64,000 nt of DNA from Macrostomum lignano (GCA_002269645.1 NIVC01003400.1:1-64000), one strand, 5' to 3'; positions 38,201-50,579 are shown, counted from the first letter of the stretch. The notes: a model not told the origin generated them from the sequence alone. Numbers and translations: made by a program.

Positions 38201-38373
38201 TTGATTTCTAATTAACAAACCTACCGATTTTTTAAATTTTGACTTTCTAAATTTGTATATTTTTACTGGCTAGCTAGGATGGGCTGTTTGCATTCTGGAA
38301 CTGATAATAGTTAGTAAAGAACATTGCACTTACCAATGTATTGAGAGACATTTCGAGAGGGTGAACAACCCAT
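35243..38373 (-). CDS. Spliced gene for a 170-aa FAMeT-like (Methyltransf_FA domain) protein; exons 38373-38334, 38088-37961, 37796-37630, 35496-35336, 35259-35243
   Basis: All four introns are GT-AG with compatible phases (1,0,2,1) and the total is 513 nt. Protein MGCSPSRNVSQYIEVIASK...VLFDVKGFSDAVISLCGPQEMVDYEATIGAFGNSRCILR...PSLLNQTDYRQMWLTWRQCQLCLGDG...FEGDI resembles the recalled domain pattern F.VK...DA.I.L...YE..IG..GN..S.IR...LL...YR.FW..W. Confidence 0.75.
35653..36349. repeat. 40-bp minisatellite (GACAGGAAGAGGGGACAGAGGACAGGAAGAGGTGATAAAA)n, a dimer of a 20-mer
   Basis: Direct reading. Confidence 0.97.
36352..37225 (-). mobile_element. 5'-truncated Penelope-like retroelement (RT C-terminal region plus GIY-YIG endonuclease), frameshifted
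   Basis: WKLFHDELEQLTRLFMMNGYP, then after a frameshift near 37100 VVPYLG...GVVYKFHC...YIGKTKRHLYTRVKEH...SAINEH...LEAMYIKAQKPILNSQ; hammerhead motif in the 3' UTR. Confidence 0.88.
36400..36439 (-). ncRNA. Minimal type I hammerhead ribozyme (Penelope-associated type)
   Basis: Minus strand UGCC-CUGAAGA-U-GACC-GAUUGU-GGUC-GAA-AUGCAU-U-GGCA: stem I UGCC/GGCA, stem II GACC/GGUC, palindromic stem III AUGCAU, NUH triplet AUU. Confidence 0.8.
37222..37580. repeat. 20-bp minisatellite (GACAGAAGACAGGAAGAGGT)n, related to the 40-mer at 35653
   Basis: Direct reading; shared GACAGGAAGAGG core. Confidence 0.95.
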
Positions 38374-40469
38374 TCTGGGGCTTTAATATAAGCAAATACT
38401 TAGCTTTCTTAGCTTAACTTCACAGTAAATTAAAAAAAATTTTTTACTATTACAAATATAAATTAGAACAAGTTACAGACAGACGTGAGACAGTCAGTCA
38501 ATGGACAACTAAGTTGTTCAGATCAACAACAGCTTGCTTGGTACTGTATTAATTTTCCGAAAGTTTGTAAAATATTTTATGAACAAGCTCTACTTTATGT
38601 CTGTTTCACTTGTGCCACGAATATTAGGGTTAAAGAAAAACAGAATAATTAACGACTAAATAGTACGAACAGGACTTCTAAATCACAACGGGAGCACAAA
38701 GGTAAAAAAGAACTTCGACCGTTACTAATATACACACAAAAAACTCACAACAACAGCTCTTATGCTGTCAAAACAGTTCTGCAGGCATTTATCATTAAAA
38801 CTTTACTTCAAAAAGATCAAAGATTTTTTTTATCTTAGCAAGATTTGATTTACTACGCTAACATATTCAAAGTTTGATAAGCATGTTGTTTTCTACGAAA
38901 CAGTATAGATTAATGAGTGACGTGACGTCGGTGACGACCATGCAATCTTACTCTTAATCTTTGTCTTATGTAAGGCAGTAAGGGTTATGTCCAGGGGCAG
39001 TACGTCTATGTATCAGTTTTAGTCCTTATACTCCTAAAAATCTATTTTAATCATTGACTTTGAAGCATAAGTTAAATTTGGATAAAATTGAAATGAACTT
39101 AGCTTTTTAGTCTATTTTAGACTAAACTTAGTCTATTTTAGTGAGTTTTAAATTTGGTAATAGTCAATTTTGATAACAAAATTTGGCAATAACTAGTTTC
39201 GCAGTAGAATAAGTTAATATAAATATATTATAATAACAATCCTTAATTATTTTAATCTTATTTCTTTTATTACATTGGCTATAGTCAAGTCCCAGGGTCA
39301 GGATTGTATACTGCTGTATGCCAGAACAAAAACTGCTTCCATAGCTCATGTATGCCAATGGTATGCCAACAAACTTTTTATTGCATACAGAAATATGCCA
39401 AAATAAAAATACAAATTATGACCAATATTAATTAATAGCTTGCAAAATTTTAATATTTAAAAAATTAATATGTTTAAACTAGTATTTTTTTACTAAACTG
39501 TATAGAAGTAGTTTATTTTTACTATTTTTGTTTTACTTTTAACTTCTTAGAAAAGTTAAATTGGGTTTTTAAATTTAGTTTGAATCTATTTTTTCATTAA
39601 GGGCTAGCTATTCCTTCTAATCAAAATTTAGCTATTGTAAATGTAACTATATGTACATGGAGACTACACCAAATGTAAACTTAAACATTTTGTATACTAA
39701 TTGTATAGATTGATGGGGACTCAGAACTTTTAGTCCCACTTACTGTCTTGACAATTTCTATATGCCAAGCTGTAGGCCTATGCCAAAAGGGCACACCAGG
39801 TCCCTCTATATATCAAGTTGTATGCAAATGGTGTACTATAAGTCCCTCTGTATGCTGGAATTTTCCGGCGTACATGTATACCATCCAGAGTCTGGCTATA
39901 GTCATAGATAGTAAAAGGCAATTATAAGTTAAAAGAATATTTGGCACTTGAATATAATAAAATTGTAGCATCAATATACAAATCAATGATAAACAAATAT
40001 TATAATATATTGTAAATTGAAATCTGCAAATGTTGCTGATTAGCATTTGTCTATTATATAACTAACTATACTTGTTAATACCATATACAAAAAGAAAGAT
40101 CTTTAAATATCTCTCCCCTCTATGGCTACTTGTGTCCAGTGCAAGGTGTATTTTGTTATTGTTATTTTATAATATATCAAAAAACATTGTTGATTGACTT
40201 TATACAAAGTATAGGTACAACATAAATTTCATAGATCCCATGCGTGTGACATACATTTACATCTGTTGCCTGGTTATAGTATTTTTAGTGCATTTAACTG
40301 CATTAAGATAGCCCTAAGTTTGTATATAGCATTTGGAAAAAATATTTAGATGGGTGGGAAGATGTCAGAGTGTCAGATGGGAGGACATATTGTCATCAAG
40401 TAATCTAAATTGTTAGCTTATCACAATCCTATCAGTTGTGAAACCAGTTGCAGAAAGACAGATGCTTGC

Positions 40470-40598
40470 TGATAAGGGCCAAAATCATATAAAAATTCTG
40501 TATGGCACAAGCCACTTCTGCAAAATTGATTGAACACCTGATCTGCATTCATTGCAACCTCTGGGTGGGTGTGCAACAGAGCCAGGATGATAAGCAGC
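40470..40598 (-). mobile_element. Probable hAT-type transposase C-terminal (dimerization region) remnant
   Basis: LALLHTHPEVAMNADQVFNQFCRSGLCHTEFL resembles the recalled ZMYM1-like hAT ending LALLHIH...D.D.VI..FA....RRLEF. Confidence 0.45.
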
Positions 40599-41075
40599 AA
40601 GGGTGCCAGCCAGAGCAGCAGGGGTGCCAGCCAGAGCAGCAGGGGTGCCAGCCAGGGCAGCAGGGGTGCCAGCCAGGGCAGCAGGGGTGCCAGCCAGAGC
40701 AGCAAGGGTGCCAGCCAGAGCAGCAGGGGTGCCAGCCAGAGCAGCAGGGGTGCCAGCCAGAGCAGCAGGGGTGCCAGCCAGGGCAGCAGGGGTGCCAGCC
40801 AGAGCAGCAAGGGTGCCAGCCAGAGCAGCAGGGGTGCCAGCCAGAGCAGCAGGGGTGCCAGCCAGAGCAGCAGGGGTGCCAGCCAGAGCAGCAGGGGTGC
40901 CAGCCAGAGCAGCAAGGGTGCCAGCCAGAGCAGCAAGGGTGCCAGCCAGAGCAGCAGGGGTGCCATTCAGAGCAGCAGGGTGCCAGCCAGAGCAGCAGGG
41001 ATGCCAGTCAGAGCAGCAAGGGTGCCAGCCAGAGCAGCAGGGGTGCCAGTTAGGACAGCAGCTCTGGCTGGCACC
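40596..41075. repeat. 21-bp minisatellite (GGGTGCCAGCCAGAGCAGCAG)n
   Basis: Direct reading; 7-aa periodic ORFs in all frames. Confidence 0.97.
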
Positions 41076-41084
41076 CTGAAAAAT

Positions 41085-41200
41085 TTCAAAAAGAAAAATT
41101 TCTGATCGAACAGTGCAAGTTCGAAGAAAATCGGTCCAGCCGTTCGGGAGAAAATCGATTGCGCACAAGCAAACATACAAATAACTCATTTTTAGTGTAT
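41085..41200 (+). mobile_element. Possible non-autonomous Helitron-related (Lep1/HINE-like) fragment
   Basis: GAAAATCGGTCCAGCCGTTC...CAAACATACAAA motif; a similar arrangement occurs at 51380-51570. Confidence 0.3.
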
Positions 41201-41939
41201 GGAAATGAAAAAAACTTGAAAAACTAATGCACATGTTTCGGTGTACAGAAGAAATGACTTGCAGTTTTGGGTCACTCCATGAGAAGGTATGCTCTACCAT
41301 ATCCCAGCCATAAAGTTTTTCGACAATTTCAGATAACTTCGACCGAGAGAATAGTAAAATTTATTTTGTGTGAAAGTTTTAGAAAATGTGTTTAACTCGA
41401 CACGAGGATTTTTCACAGTAAATTTCAATTTAAATGACCAATTTAACACATTCGTTCCCGTTCATTCGACGTGTCTATCTTTAGAATTTGAATGGAAGCA
41501 ATGAGCAACTGACGTGGTGATTGATCAATGATCAGCACAATGTTTTGCCTGATTTGCTAGTTGCTTGATTGCAGAGTTTCACTGTTAGGCCTTTGCTGTC
41601 AGGATTGGCACGCTGTATCAACTTCCGTTTTGTTAGTTAACGCGCCTCGGTATTATTATCCTTCTCCCGCAACTGGTCCCTAGGTTTGGCCTGGAACACC
41701 ACCCACGCACAAATGATGACTTTGAATTGCGCGTGATTTTAAATCGGTTTCTTTAATCCGCTTCACAATTGTGTCTTAGTTGGTTGCTGAAACAAAATCT
41801 AAATTTTTCTTATCCTCTCCGGACTTCATCCAATCAAGTGTTGTGTGGCGCATTCGTGTGTCTTCCGAGCACGAGCTCAGTCCGACAAAGTTATGATTTC
41901 GCAGCTATCCGGCCTATCCAATCAGCTTGCCGTTGAATT

Positions 41940-42118
41940 CTCTATAAAAATGGCAGCACGGTAGTCGCCGACACAGACGCCAGTCTGAAACTGTTGAGAA
42001 TTGTCCTATTATCTAACGTGTCTTCTGGTAAGTGACTCTGTCTGCTGGCTGTTCAACGTATTCTAATAAGTGTTTTCAACTAGCTCCAAGTTTACAAACT
42101 TGCTACTGACCATTTCAG
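41940..42118 (+). promoter_or_regulatory. TATA promoter, non-coding first exon and 5'-UTR intron of the secreted-peptide gene
   Basis: TATAAAA at 41943-41949; donor CTG|GTAAGT at 42028; branch-like CTGAC at 42106; acceptor TTTCAG at 42118. Confidence 0.6.
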
Positions 42119-42159
42119 ATTCTTCAATATCGAAAGCGCTCACAAAAAGAAGCCAAATC

Positions 42160-42555
42160 ATGCTGAAGATTCGCGCCGCTTTTGTTGTCCTCCTGCTGAC
42201 TGCCTGCGTGCTGGCCGGGTTAGTTTTAGTTTGATTTTGTTTATCTAGCATGTATTTTGTGTTGCAGACACCTGACTATGCAGTGCAATAAGTTGCATTT
42301 CTCAATTGCAGCAATTCCGTGTCCGGCAGCGAGGTCTCTAACAATCGGATCTGCCGTCTGGTTGAGGCCATGGCTCGGGTGAGTCTCGGTGCCAGTCGGT
42401 TACAAAAGATCCCATATTCGCGCATGAAACATGCAGATTTTCTTGAACTTTTCTTAAACTTGCAGGTTGCGGACTGCGACTCCGTGCCAGCTGGCATCGA
42501 CAATGTTTACCTGGGCAAGGCGCTGGAGAAACGCCGCGATCGATTCCGCGGCTGA
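42160..42555 (+). CDS. Small secreted peptide/neuropeptide-like precursor, 71 aa; exons 42160-42218, 42312-42378, 42466-42555
   Basis: MLKIRAAFVVLLLTACVLAGNSVSGSEVSNNRICRLVEAMARVADCDSVPAGIDNVYLGKALEKRRDRFRG*: hydrophobic signal peptide, Cys pair, KR site, terminal Gly. GT-AG introns of phase 2 and 0. Confidence 0.72.
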
Positions 42556-44611
42556 TGGAACGTCAACAGCTGATTTGACCACAAGACTTGTTTTGTTTCT
42601 TCAACATTCTGCCCAGGAACTGAACTGTTCTAAGAATCCCTTCTATCTCCCGACTAAGTCTGTGTATTTCGTTTTTTGAACTATCTATAACATCACACTT
42701 GAGTTTCTGGAGACTCGCTAGTGATTAGGAGAATGTTTTTTTGAACGATATCAACTTCGACGATAAAAGCACAGCTTGTGATAAACTGAAACTACAAATA
42801 TAATACACAATTATCGACTGGCTGAGTGAGTCTGTTGCTGACAGTTCTTCAACTGCCCGGTCGAAAGAGAGAGAGAGAGTTGTTAAATTGCAAACCATAT
42901 AATATCTTCCTGTTTGGTCTTGGTTTTTTTACTATGATTGTAAAATCCTTGGTTAGGATCTTGGTCTGATTGGACACTTGTCTTCTAGCTTGTTTGGCGT
43001 ATTCGATGCTTGTGGTCAAGCTCATTGAGCAATCTACAGTATAATAATTATTTTGACAATCTTAAAGCAATTATTTGTCTCCTGTCAAAAGCGCTCTCGC
43101 CTACACAAATAATCTACGAAGTAAGTTTAGTGTCTTTCAATCGCTATCGATGTGTAATCTTCTTAAGCAACACTTTCTTCAGTGCCTTTTAGCCAGTAGC
43201 ATTTCAAATCTTCGTCAGTTAAAACAAAAAATATGCTTGAGGTGTGTGAAAGAGGCTAATTTTAATGTTAACAGGAGCTTGCGATGGCACAGGCATTGAA
43301 CAACAGGGATTGACGTTAACTATTTCTGCTGAGAACTGCGTCTTGTTGGCGTTCTTGGCCGCATTCAATCCAGCGAAGGTTATCGCTTCAATTCTATCTA
43401 GGAGCGGCTGTAATCCCACAACTAAGCCCTGTGCCTTATCATGCAGCTGCGGCGGCAGCTGAACCCAAGCCTTGATCTCACTTCTATTGACTCAAAGCTT
43501 ATCTGCGTAAGCTAAGGAATTAATCGACTTATCATTCGAAAATTACTTTTTTCGAGTGAGAAAAAATGAGTTATTGCCTAGTTCAGTTGCATTTTTTACT
43601 AGACTCATTTCCATTTTTTTGCTGCACCAGTTCTTGTACAAGGATAGTGTTGCAACACCGCTACAGGATCTACAAGTTAGTACTTGAATGTGCCATGTAT
43701 CGTTGCGTCTGCACACGGCTCTTCTATGGATCCTGCACTGCGCTTATGGTTGTCATGCTTTACGACCTAGCAAAGATATAAGACAACCGTTTTTACGATT
43801 GTAAACTTAAAAAGAAATGAGTTTCTCTTCAAGTTAATGCAGGTCTATTGGTGTAAGGCACTGAAATGGAACGTCATCCTATCTTCAGTTTTTTAATTCA
43901 AAATTCGTGCGGCTATTTATGGAAGTTTTTCAACCTACCAGACCAGACCTTAAGCTGACGAAGCTTTTGCTTCGGAAATTGCCTTCTTAATTCATTTGCT
44001 TTTTTGCCGAACTGCTAAAACATGAGAATTTTTGGTCAAAGAAACTTGAGCCTTCGGGGAATCGCAACTAATTTCCGTGCTAATTAGCACTGTCGAGTAG
44101 GATCGGAGCTGTGTTGGAGCGAGTCTTAAAACCGCTTTGAGTTATTGTTGGCGCAGTATGGGGCGAGCAGAAATCCGTTTGATTCCGAGGTGGCTCCTTA
44201 ATTTCCTTCTTTTTTTACTGAGGCAAGTACTGGAATTTTAATCCTGGATTTCCACTGGTCCCTTGGGCATCGGCCTTATTATCCTCACATGATGAGATAT
44301 GCATCGAGACGCGTTGGATTTATGCCAATTTCCTCCATCTTTTGCGAAGCAGATTAACCTCAGATTAGATCGATTTGGTCCGAGTCTGAATCCTTAGACC
44401 ATCTACATTCGATTTTGTGCTAGAAAAGTGAATTTATTCTATTTTTGTTGTTTTCCCTGAAAAAACTCAACTTTTATATGCTTTACAATGATGTAGAATA
44501 AATGCTTATCACAATAGTGACCCTTCTAATTGGCAAAACTTCAAAACTCCACCAAATACAGATCAAATCACTGCAAGCAATTTCAGCCACCTGACCTATT
44601 CGCTCAGTAAA

Positions 44612-45783
44612 ATGTCGCTTGAAGCAATTCGCTACGCCAATGGCGAGCTGTCAATTATTGATCAATTGCTTTTGCCGCATCAGACAGTGTACATTCGTAT
44701 CGCCAGCTGTGAGGAAGCCTGGTCAGCTATTAAAAGGATGCAGGTGCGTAATTTTGTTACATTGCGTCTTGACATTGAGAGCATACAGCTGCATCTAATC
44801 TCTGGATTTCTCAGGTTCGTGGCGCCCCAGCCATTGGCATTGTTGGCAGCTTAGCCATGGCTGTAGAGCTGAAATCGCCGGACACCCTGTCTCAGGTGGA
44901 CAGTTCGGCAAAATTGTCCGCCTGGTTAGGCGCCAAATGGGACCGACTGGTGTCGGCCCGTCCAACTGCCGTCAATCTGCAGGACAGCCGCGAACGGATG
45001 TTTCGCCTTCTATCCACCGACTGGTCAGCAATGGACGTAGCCGGTCAGCGTCTGGCCGCTGTGGAATGGCTGGAGTCGCAGCTGGAACAAGATGTCCGCT
45101 CCTGCCGAGCCATTGGAGAGGCTGGCGCCAATGCCCTACTACAAAGTGTCGAAGAGCGCGGCCTCGTACCGCCTGGTGGCCAAGTGAACGTGCTGACTCA
45201 CTGCAACACGGGCTCTTTAGCCACCGGAGGCTACGGCACCGCACTAGGCGTTGTGCGCAGCCTGCACAATCGAGGGCGCTTAGGCCGGATATTCTGCACA
45301 GAGACTCGACCCTACAACCAGGGCGCCAGGCTCACAGCCTACGAAATCGTTGCTGACGGGCTGCCGGGCACTCTAATCTGCGACAGCATGGTTGCCGCGG
45401 CCATGGCAAGCGGCCGAGTGCACGCTGTTGTCCTGGGTGCCGATCGGATCGTGTCCAACGGCGACACCGCGAACAAGATTGGCACCTATCAGATTGCCGT
45501 ACTGGCTCGTCATCATTCCATACCGTTCTTCGTGGCGGCGCCTCTTACTAGCATTGATTTTAGCATGCGCACCGGTTCCGAGATCGTCATCGAGGAGCGG
45601 CCGTCCGACGAGTTGGCCTGCGTTGCCGGCCAACGAATTGCTTGTCGCGGCATTGACATCTGGAATCCGGCGTTCGACGTTACTCCGGCCGAGCTAATCA
45701 CGGCCATAGTGACGGACACGGGCGTGGTGCCCCCAAATAATGTTGCAGCTCTGGCTAAGAAGCTGGGGGCCGAACAGGGCTGA
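44612..45783 (+). CDS. mri1: Methylthioribose-1-phosphate isomerase; exons 44612-44743 and 44815-45783 (366 aa)
   Basis: [10 protein letters not shown]...MQ|VRGAPAIG...RPTAVNL...[19 protein letters not shown]...[12 protein letters not shown]...[16 protein letters not shown]...NPAFDVTP; phase-0 intron. Confidence 0.96.
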
Positions 45784-48431
45784 AGAACAGGCACTGAAAG
45801 GGAAGACAAATAATTGAAAATCTTGGTATTAATTTGCCGATTGCTAGTGCTGCATCCGATTCAAACCTCATGAAATTCTTGACTTAGTAGTTTGAGACGC
45901 ATTATTCCATCAGCGCTAATCCAGGAGAGATCATCAATCAATAGGATAACGTTAAAAATCTTTACAGAGCTTTGCACGAAAATGAAACGACTAAATTTTT
46001 GAACTAATCCTATATAAGTTAACACCAATTGATACCTCTAAATGGAATCAAGAGGGGAGTTAATTAAAAGTGTTACTCCTGCTCTTTCTGGTCTGAAATT
46101 CTATATAGTAAATGCTTTAGTCATTCATTTGCGTGCGGTTTTATTTTCTAATTGATCCTTTAAATCCGATTGTCTATGCAATGGTTTTAGTTTACATAAA
46201 TTATTATCTTGTGTCGCATTAAACTTCCATTAATTATAATTCATAAAATGTTCGCAGTTTATTTGACTAGTTATTACAATATTTCACGCATAATATTTCA
46301 GAATCATTTAAAGTTTTCTTACTTATTCGTCTTGCACAAATTTCGTCAAACTTCACAATTGTTAGTTACAGCAATGATATCAATGATATGGTATTTATTT
46401 CACACTTGAAAGTAGCGACATCCTAAATACTAGCTCGGATATACCAATCTACAATGTAAAAGCCCTCTCTCAAAGCAAACATGTACTTTGGTATGAGGTG
46501 GCCGTCCAAGAATGCTCTTGAGATGGTTGAAAAATATCGATCAAAACTTTGCAGTACGACATTGAACTCGGCTAAAGAGCTATATCGATGTAAAATAAAA
46601 TCTCATCTGCTGAGTGAGTTTTGTGTCTAATTGGCTCCCTCTTGGCAGAGCCTTTTGCGTCTCTAGCTCTTCAATAGCAAAAGTGTGTGACAAATATGAT
46701 AACACGTCGTTCGCTTAACGTCCAAAATTCTTACGATATGTCACAAGTTCAACTCTGTCGAGCCACAATGACGTACAAGGTTTCTTTTTCTTTTGGTTTT
46801 GTTGTGTATTGATGATTTGTCATTGTCCTTTGCCGTCTTTTTTGCAAAGTAATCCAATGGCTGTCGAAAGACTTTAGAATCTCACCGAGGACAAAGTTAA
46901 CGCGCTCGATTAACGGGCTCAATTCAAGCTTCATTTGTTCTCATTTTCAGCACCTGGTAATTATCTTACGTTCGAAGAAGAAAGAGGTGAAGACCGTCAT
47001 TATACATTTAGATAAGTGTTGAATATAGTAACATAATAGCATGGCATATCAGTTTCTGTCAATGGCCGCTCAAAAAAATTAATTACACTCGCCTCGTTCA
47101 GGATACACGTAGGCATGATTTTATTCGTACATGATTGTAACAAATATACAACATGCGCCAGCATGTCAGTCGATGTTGATCGCAATTCTTATGCTTTCTT
47201 TCAAACCGATTCAAGGACCACTGAAGTTACGGTAAAGTCGTACTTCATAGTTAATATCATGAAGAAGTAAACTTCGGTTGTCCATGACAATTTAGTTGTC
47301 TATGGTTAGGTTGTGCACTAGCCATGCGTTTGTTCACTTCGACAATTTACTTGTATTTTGAGCTTGGTAATAAAGAACGTCGGCATCCCGAGGAGCCCGT
47401 AGTAAATCGTTTTAGCGTTTCTAGTTCAATCAAACCTTGAGCTAGGCTTTTCCCCGCCCAGCATTTAAAGGGTTAAATCGATTATTTTTATGGCAAAACT
47501 ATAAAGTTTTTTCGAAAGTCTCGATTTTCCGGTACTAGTTAAAAGCCAATTAGCAGCTTTTAACAAAAAAACAACCTGGCAAATCCAATTTGCTTGAAGA
47601 TTAAGATTTTGAATGCATTTTGGATAATTTTTTAAATTTAGTTAGATACTGCAATAACCATATTCAAAATAAAAGATAAGAAATATTTTCACTTGTATCG
47701 CAACTTTCAGGATTCTTTGAAAACTTCCGTCTGAATTGGGACACTAGAAGCGGTCGGTCATCAAACGAACCCACAAATTCTAAACAAGCATCGAATATTA
47801 TATTATGCTACGAATTTTTTATTTGAAGATAAGTAAAGGCAACTCAAAAACTCAATTTTTGTGCATTTCAAGTTTTGCATGTCTCGTTTACCCGCGGCCT
47901 AACCCTAATTCCATCTGAATGACCGAATCTGATGAATGAATCTCCCTTTCATGGTCATAAGTAAAATGACACTTTACTTTTGAAAATTGGTCGAGTAATG
48001 AATGAAAAGGTTACAAAACTTCACAATAAATTTGCCAATTTGGTAGTATGATAATTTTGGCATAAAGTTAGGCCTAGTTTCTTATCAATATTGGTAGGCT
48101 AGTCCTTTACTTTTGTTCATTCAATTATTTTCTTTAAAGATTTGTAATTTATGTTTAGGCTAGTTTAATGATGAATGCTATAACATATTTATAGAAATAC
48201 CTATAAGTTTTAACATATAAATTGGCAACTGTCAACTAGTGAAACTGGTAAATGGGTAGTCCTATAGATAAAATAGCAACAATAAATAGTGGTTTTAGGT
48301 GCTGGTAAGAGGCCAGCCATGGCATAGTTTTGTTAGTGCACCATGTCCCATGATAATTGAGTTGCTTGAGTTGAGTCTACTGCATCTGCCTGCAATGATT
48401 GACCACTAAGTTTACCTATCCTACTAAACAT

Positions 48432-48607
48432 GCTTGGGCGCAACCTATGGATTTACCTGGCCATTTCTATTGGCAACACACACATGTAAGTCACTATTGG
48501 ATGGAATAGTAGTCACGTGACTGCTCTAGTGCTCTTGGCCAATAGCAACTTACATATGTATATTGCCAATAGAAATGGCCAAGTGATTCCCAAGGTTGCG
48601 CATAAGT
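48432..48607. mobile_element. Foldback MITE-like element with ~63-bp imperfect arms
   Basis: GCGCAACC...TGGCCATTTCTATTGGCAA...ATGTAAGT..CTATTGG is mirrored by CCAATAG..ACTTACAT...TTGCCAATAGAAATGGCCA...GGTTGCGC; centre AGTCACGTGACT. Confidence 0.7.
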
Positions 48608-49334
48608 GCTACTAAATAATTAGACTTTGTATATTTTTGTGCTATAGTCTAGACAAATATTTTAAGCTAGGCCTATATCATTCTATGTTGATTTGATTAG
48701 TAAATTTCTAAAAAAATAAAAAATAAAAAAGTTAAGATTGAAAATATAATATAAAATAATTATTGTCTCTAAATTAAGGTATACTTAATATGGCTCCTAG
48801 ACACTTTGTCATCTAACCACTTCGTCATCTTGATGACAAAGTGACCATGGTTTTTGGACGCTTCGTCATATCAAAAAATTGTTAGTAAATCTAGATGACA
48901 AAGTGACCAAATTTTGAAGACACTTCATCATCCCAAGATTTAATAAGGCTGTAAATTGTTATTCGATCGTTATTGTTATAAGTTGTTACTCAATTAATTT
49001 AGTCTGTAAAATATAGGATTGAATACACAACTTAGAGATTCAACTTGTTGCTATAATTGGCATCTAATGTACATAATGTATACACAGTTTGCATACATAC
49101 ACTTTAATGTATGAGTACGTACATATAGATACTAGTGCTCATTGTAATTATTGATTATTGATTCATTGTTCAAACTTACCAAGCTCTAATAATTATTTTT
49201 GATTCCTTGCTAAAGCCTAAAATTAATTGGCATTATCACTTCTATAATCCAGGGGAGGCAACAAAGTATGTGGCCATGGATTTCTCCTTGCTCCACCTGC
49301 AGGGACTTAACCAACCTTTGAATCACAACCCCAT

Positions 49335-50579
49335 CCCTATTGGAATAAGTGGTATTTTCGCGGACGGCGTCCGGCGCACTTTTTCTTTTTCCTCATAGTC
49401 ATGGCGCATGGCGCGCTACGCGCGCCATGCGCCATGACGCACAGCAGCTCACAGGTAAGATGCAAGGAGGACATCACGCGCTACATACAGCGCTGCTGAA
49501 CAAGGATGAGAAGCATGCACAGGAGAAAGTCAGCAGCACGGTGGAAATTCAGCAAACTGTAAGTAAAACTTGTTTTTCTAATTTCTATAACTTTGATAAT
49601 ATTGCTATGGGCTATAGTATAGCATATCTCCTATCATATGTATTGATTGCTGTGTCATCTAGAATATGCATGCAAGTTAATCGTAAAATTGGAAATTGTA
49701 GTTGAAAGATCGCAGCAGAAATGTTCTTTATTGCCTCATAAACATTATAACATAGTGCCAAATGCTAATTGCTCTTAATGTTCTCTTATAACGCAGTTGC
49801 AAGAAATAAAAAAGTAAACTAAATTCTATTAAAAGTCTCAACAAATTTTCTGCTTTGTTTAATTATCTTTTTGATTGGTTGCGCGTACATTTATTTATGC
49901 TGACATTTAAATGTGAAAATATTCTTCGAAACACCATGCTAAATAGTTATCAGATTTGATAACCCGACCCGAGCCAAAGTGCTACAACTACTACTGAAAA
50001 AGTGTGTGGATAAGGCAAAGACAATTTTGTTTGTTCGTGAACTCTGTGTTGTTCATCACGGAGTTTCTTCATTTTGTATTAACCGATTAGCCAAATTGAA
50101 GTAAAGGGTTTCAGTGTTCGTAATCATTTTAAGTACTCACTGATGCAATTGCCACACTATTTACATTATTTATTTTTCTTTGAATAGACCAACAATGTAA
50201 CTTTGTAAGTCAAAAGACGAGTAGACTAAGAATTAAGAAATAGATACAACTACAACAGAAGGGGGCAGAAGTACAGTACAGAACAGAGTGCAGTAAAACA
50301 CAAGTGCGGTAAAACACACAACTTTCTCTCAATCTCTTTAAATCTCTCAAAAACGAGTGATGCATCATCAGAATGAACATGATAGAGACTGGAGTCATGC
50401 ACAATATCACCTAAACCTAGAGTGCTATGGCACCCTAGGATTTGAAGATTTGAATGACACATCGTCCATACCACCTTAGGATTTGAAGATTGTCATGACG
50501 CACCGTCCAGGCCACTTTATGATTGCCATGGCGCACTAGATGCACTGTCCACAGTGTCTGAAAACTTATTCCAATAGGG
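49335..50579. mobile_element. Nested non-autonomous TIR element, 16-bp TIR CCCTATTGGAATAAGT, 8-bp TSD AACCCCAT
   Basis: Perfect TIR pair at 49335-49350 and 50564-50579; TSD at 49327-49334 and 50580-50587. Removing it restores a tandem ATGGATTTCTCC...CAGGGACTTAACCAACC dimer. Confidence 0.82.

Noticed and set aside
46749-47270. Integrase-like LIERVNFVLGEILKS (minus) and a stop-interrupted exon-like frame at 46951-47231 (plus)
   Set aside because: Too short or degenerate to assign; no supporting domains nearby.
47461-47476. piggyBac-like terminus GCATTTAAAGGGTTAA
   Set aside because: No matching opposite end or transposase found in the window.
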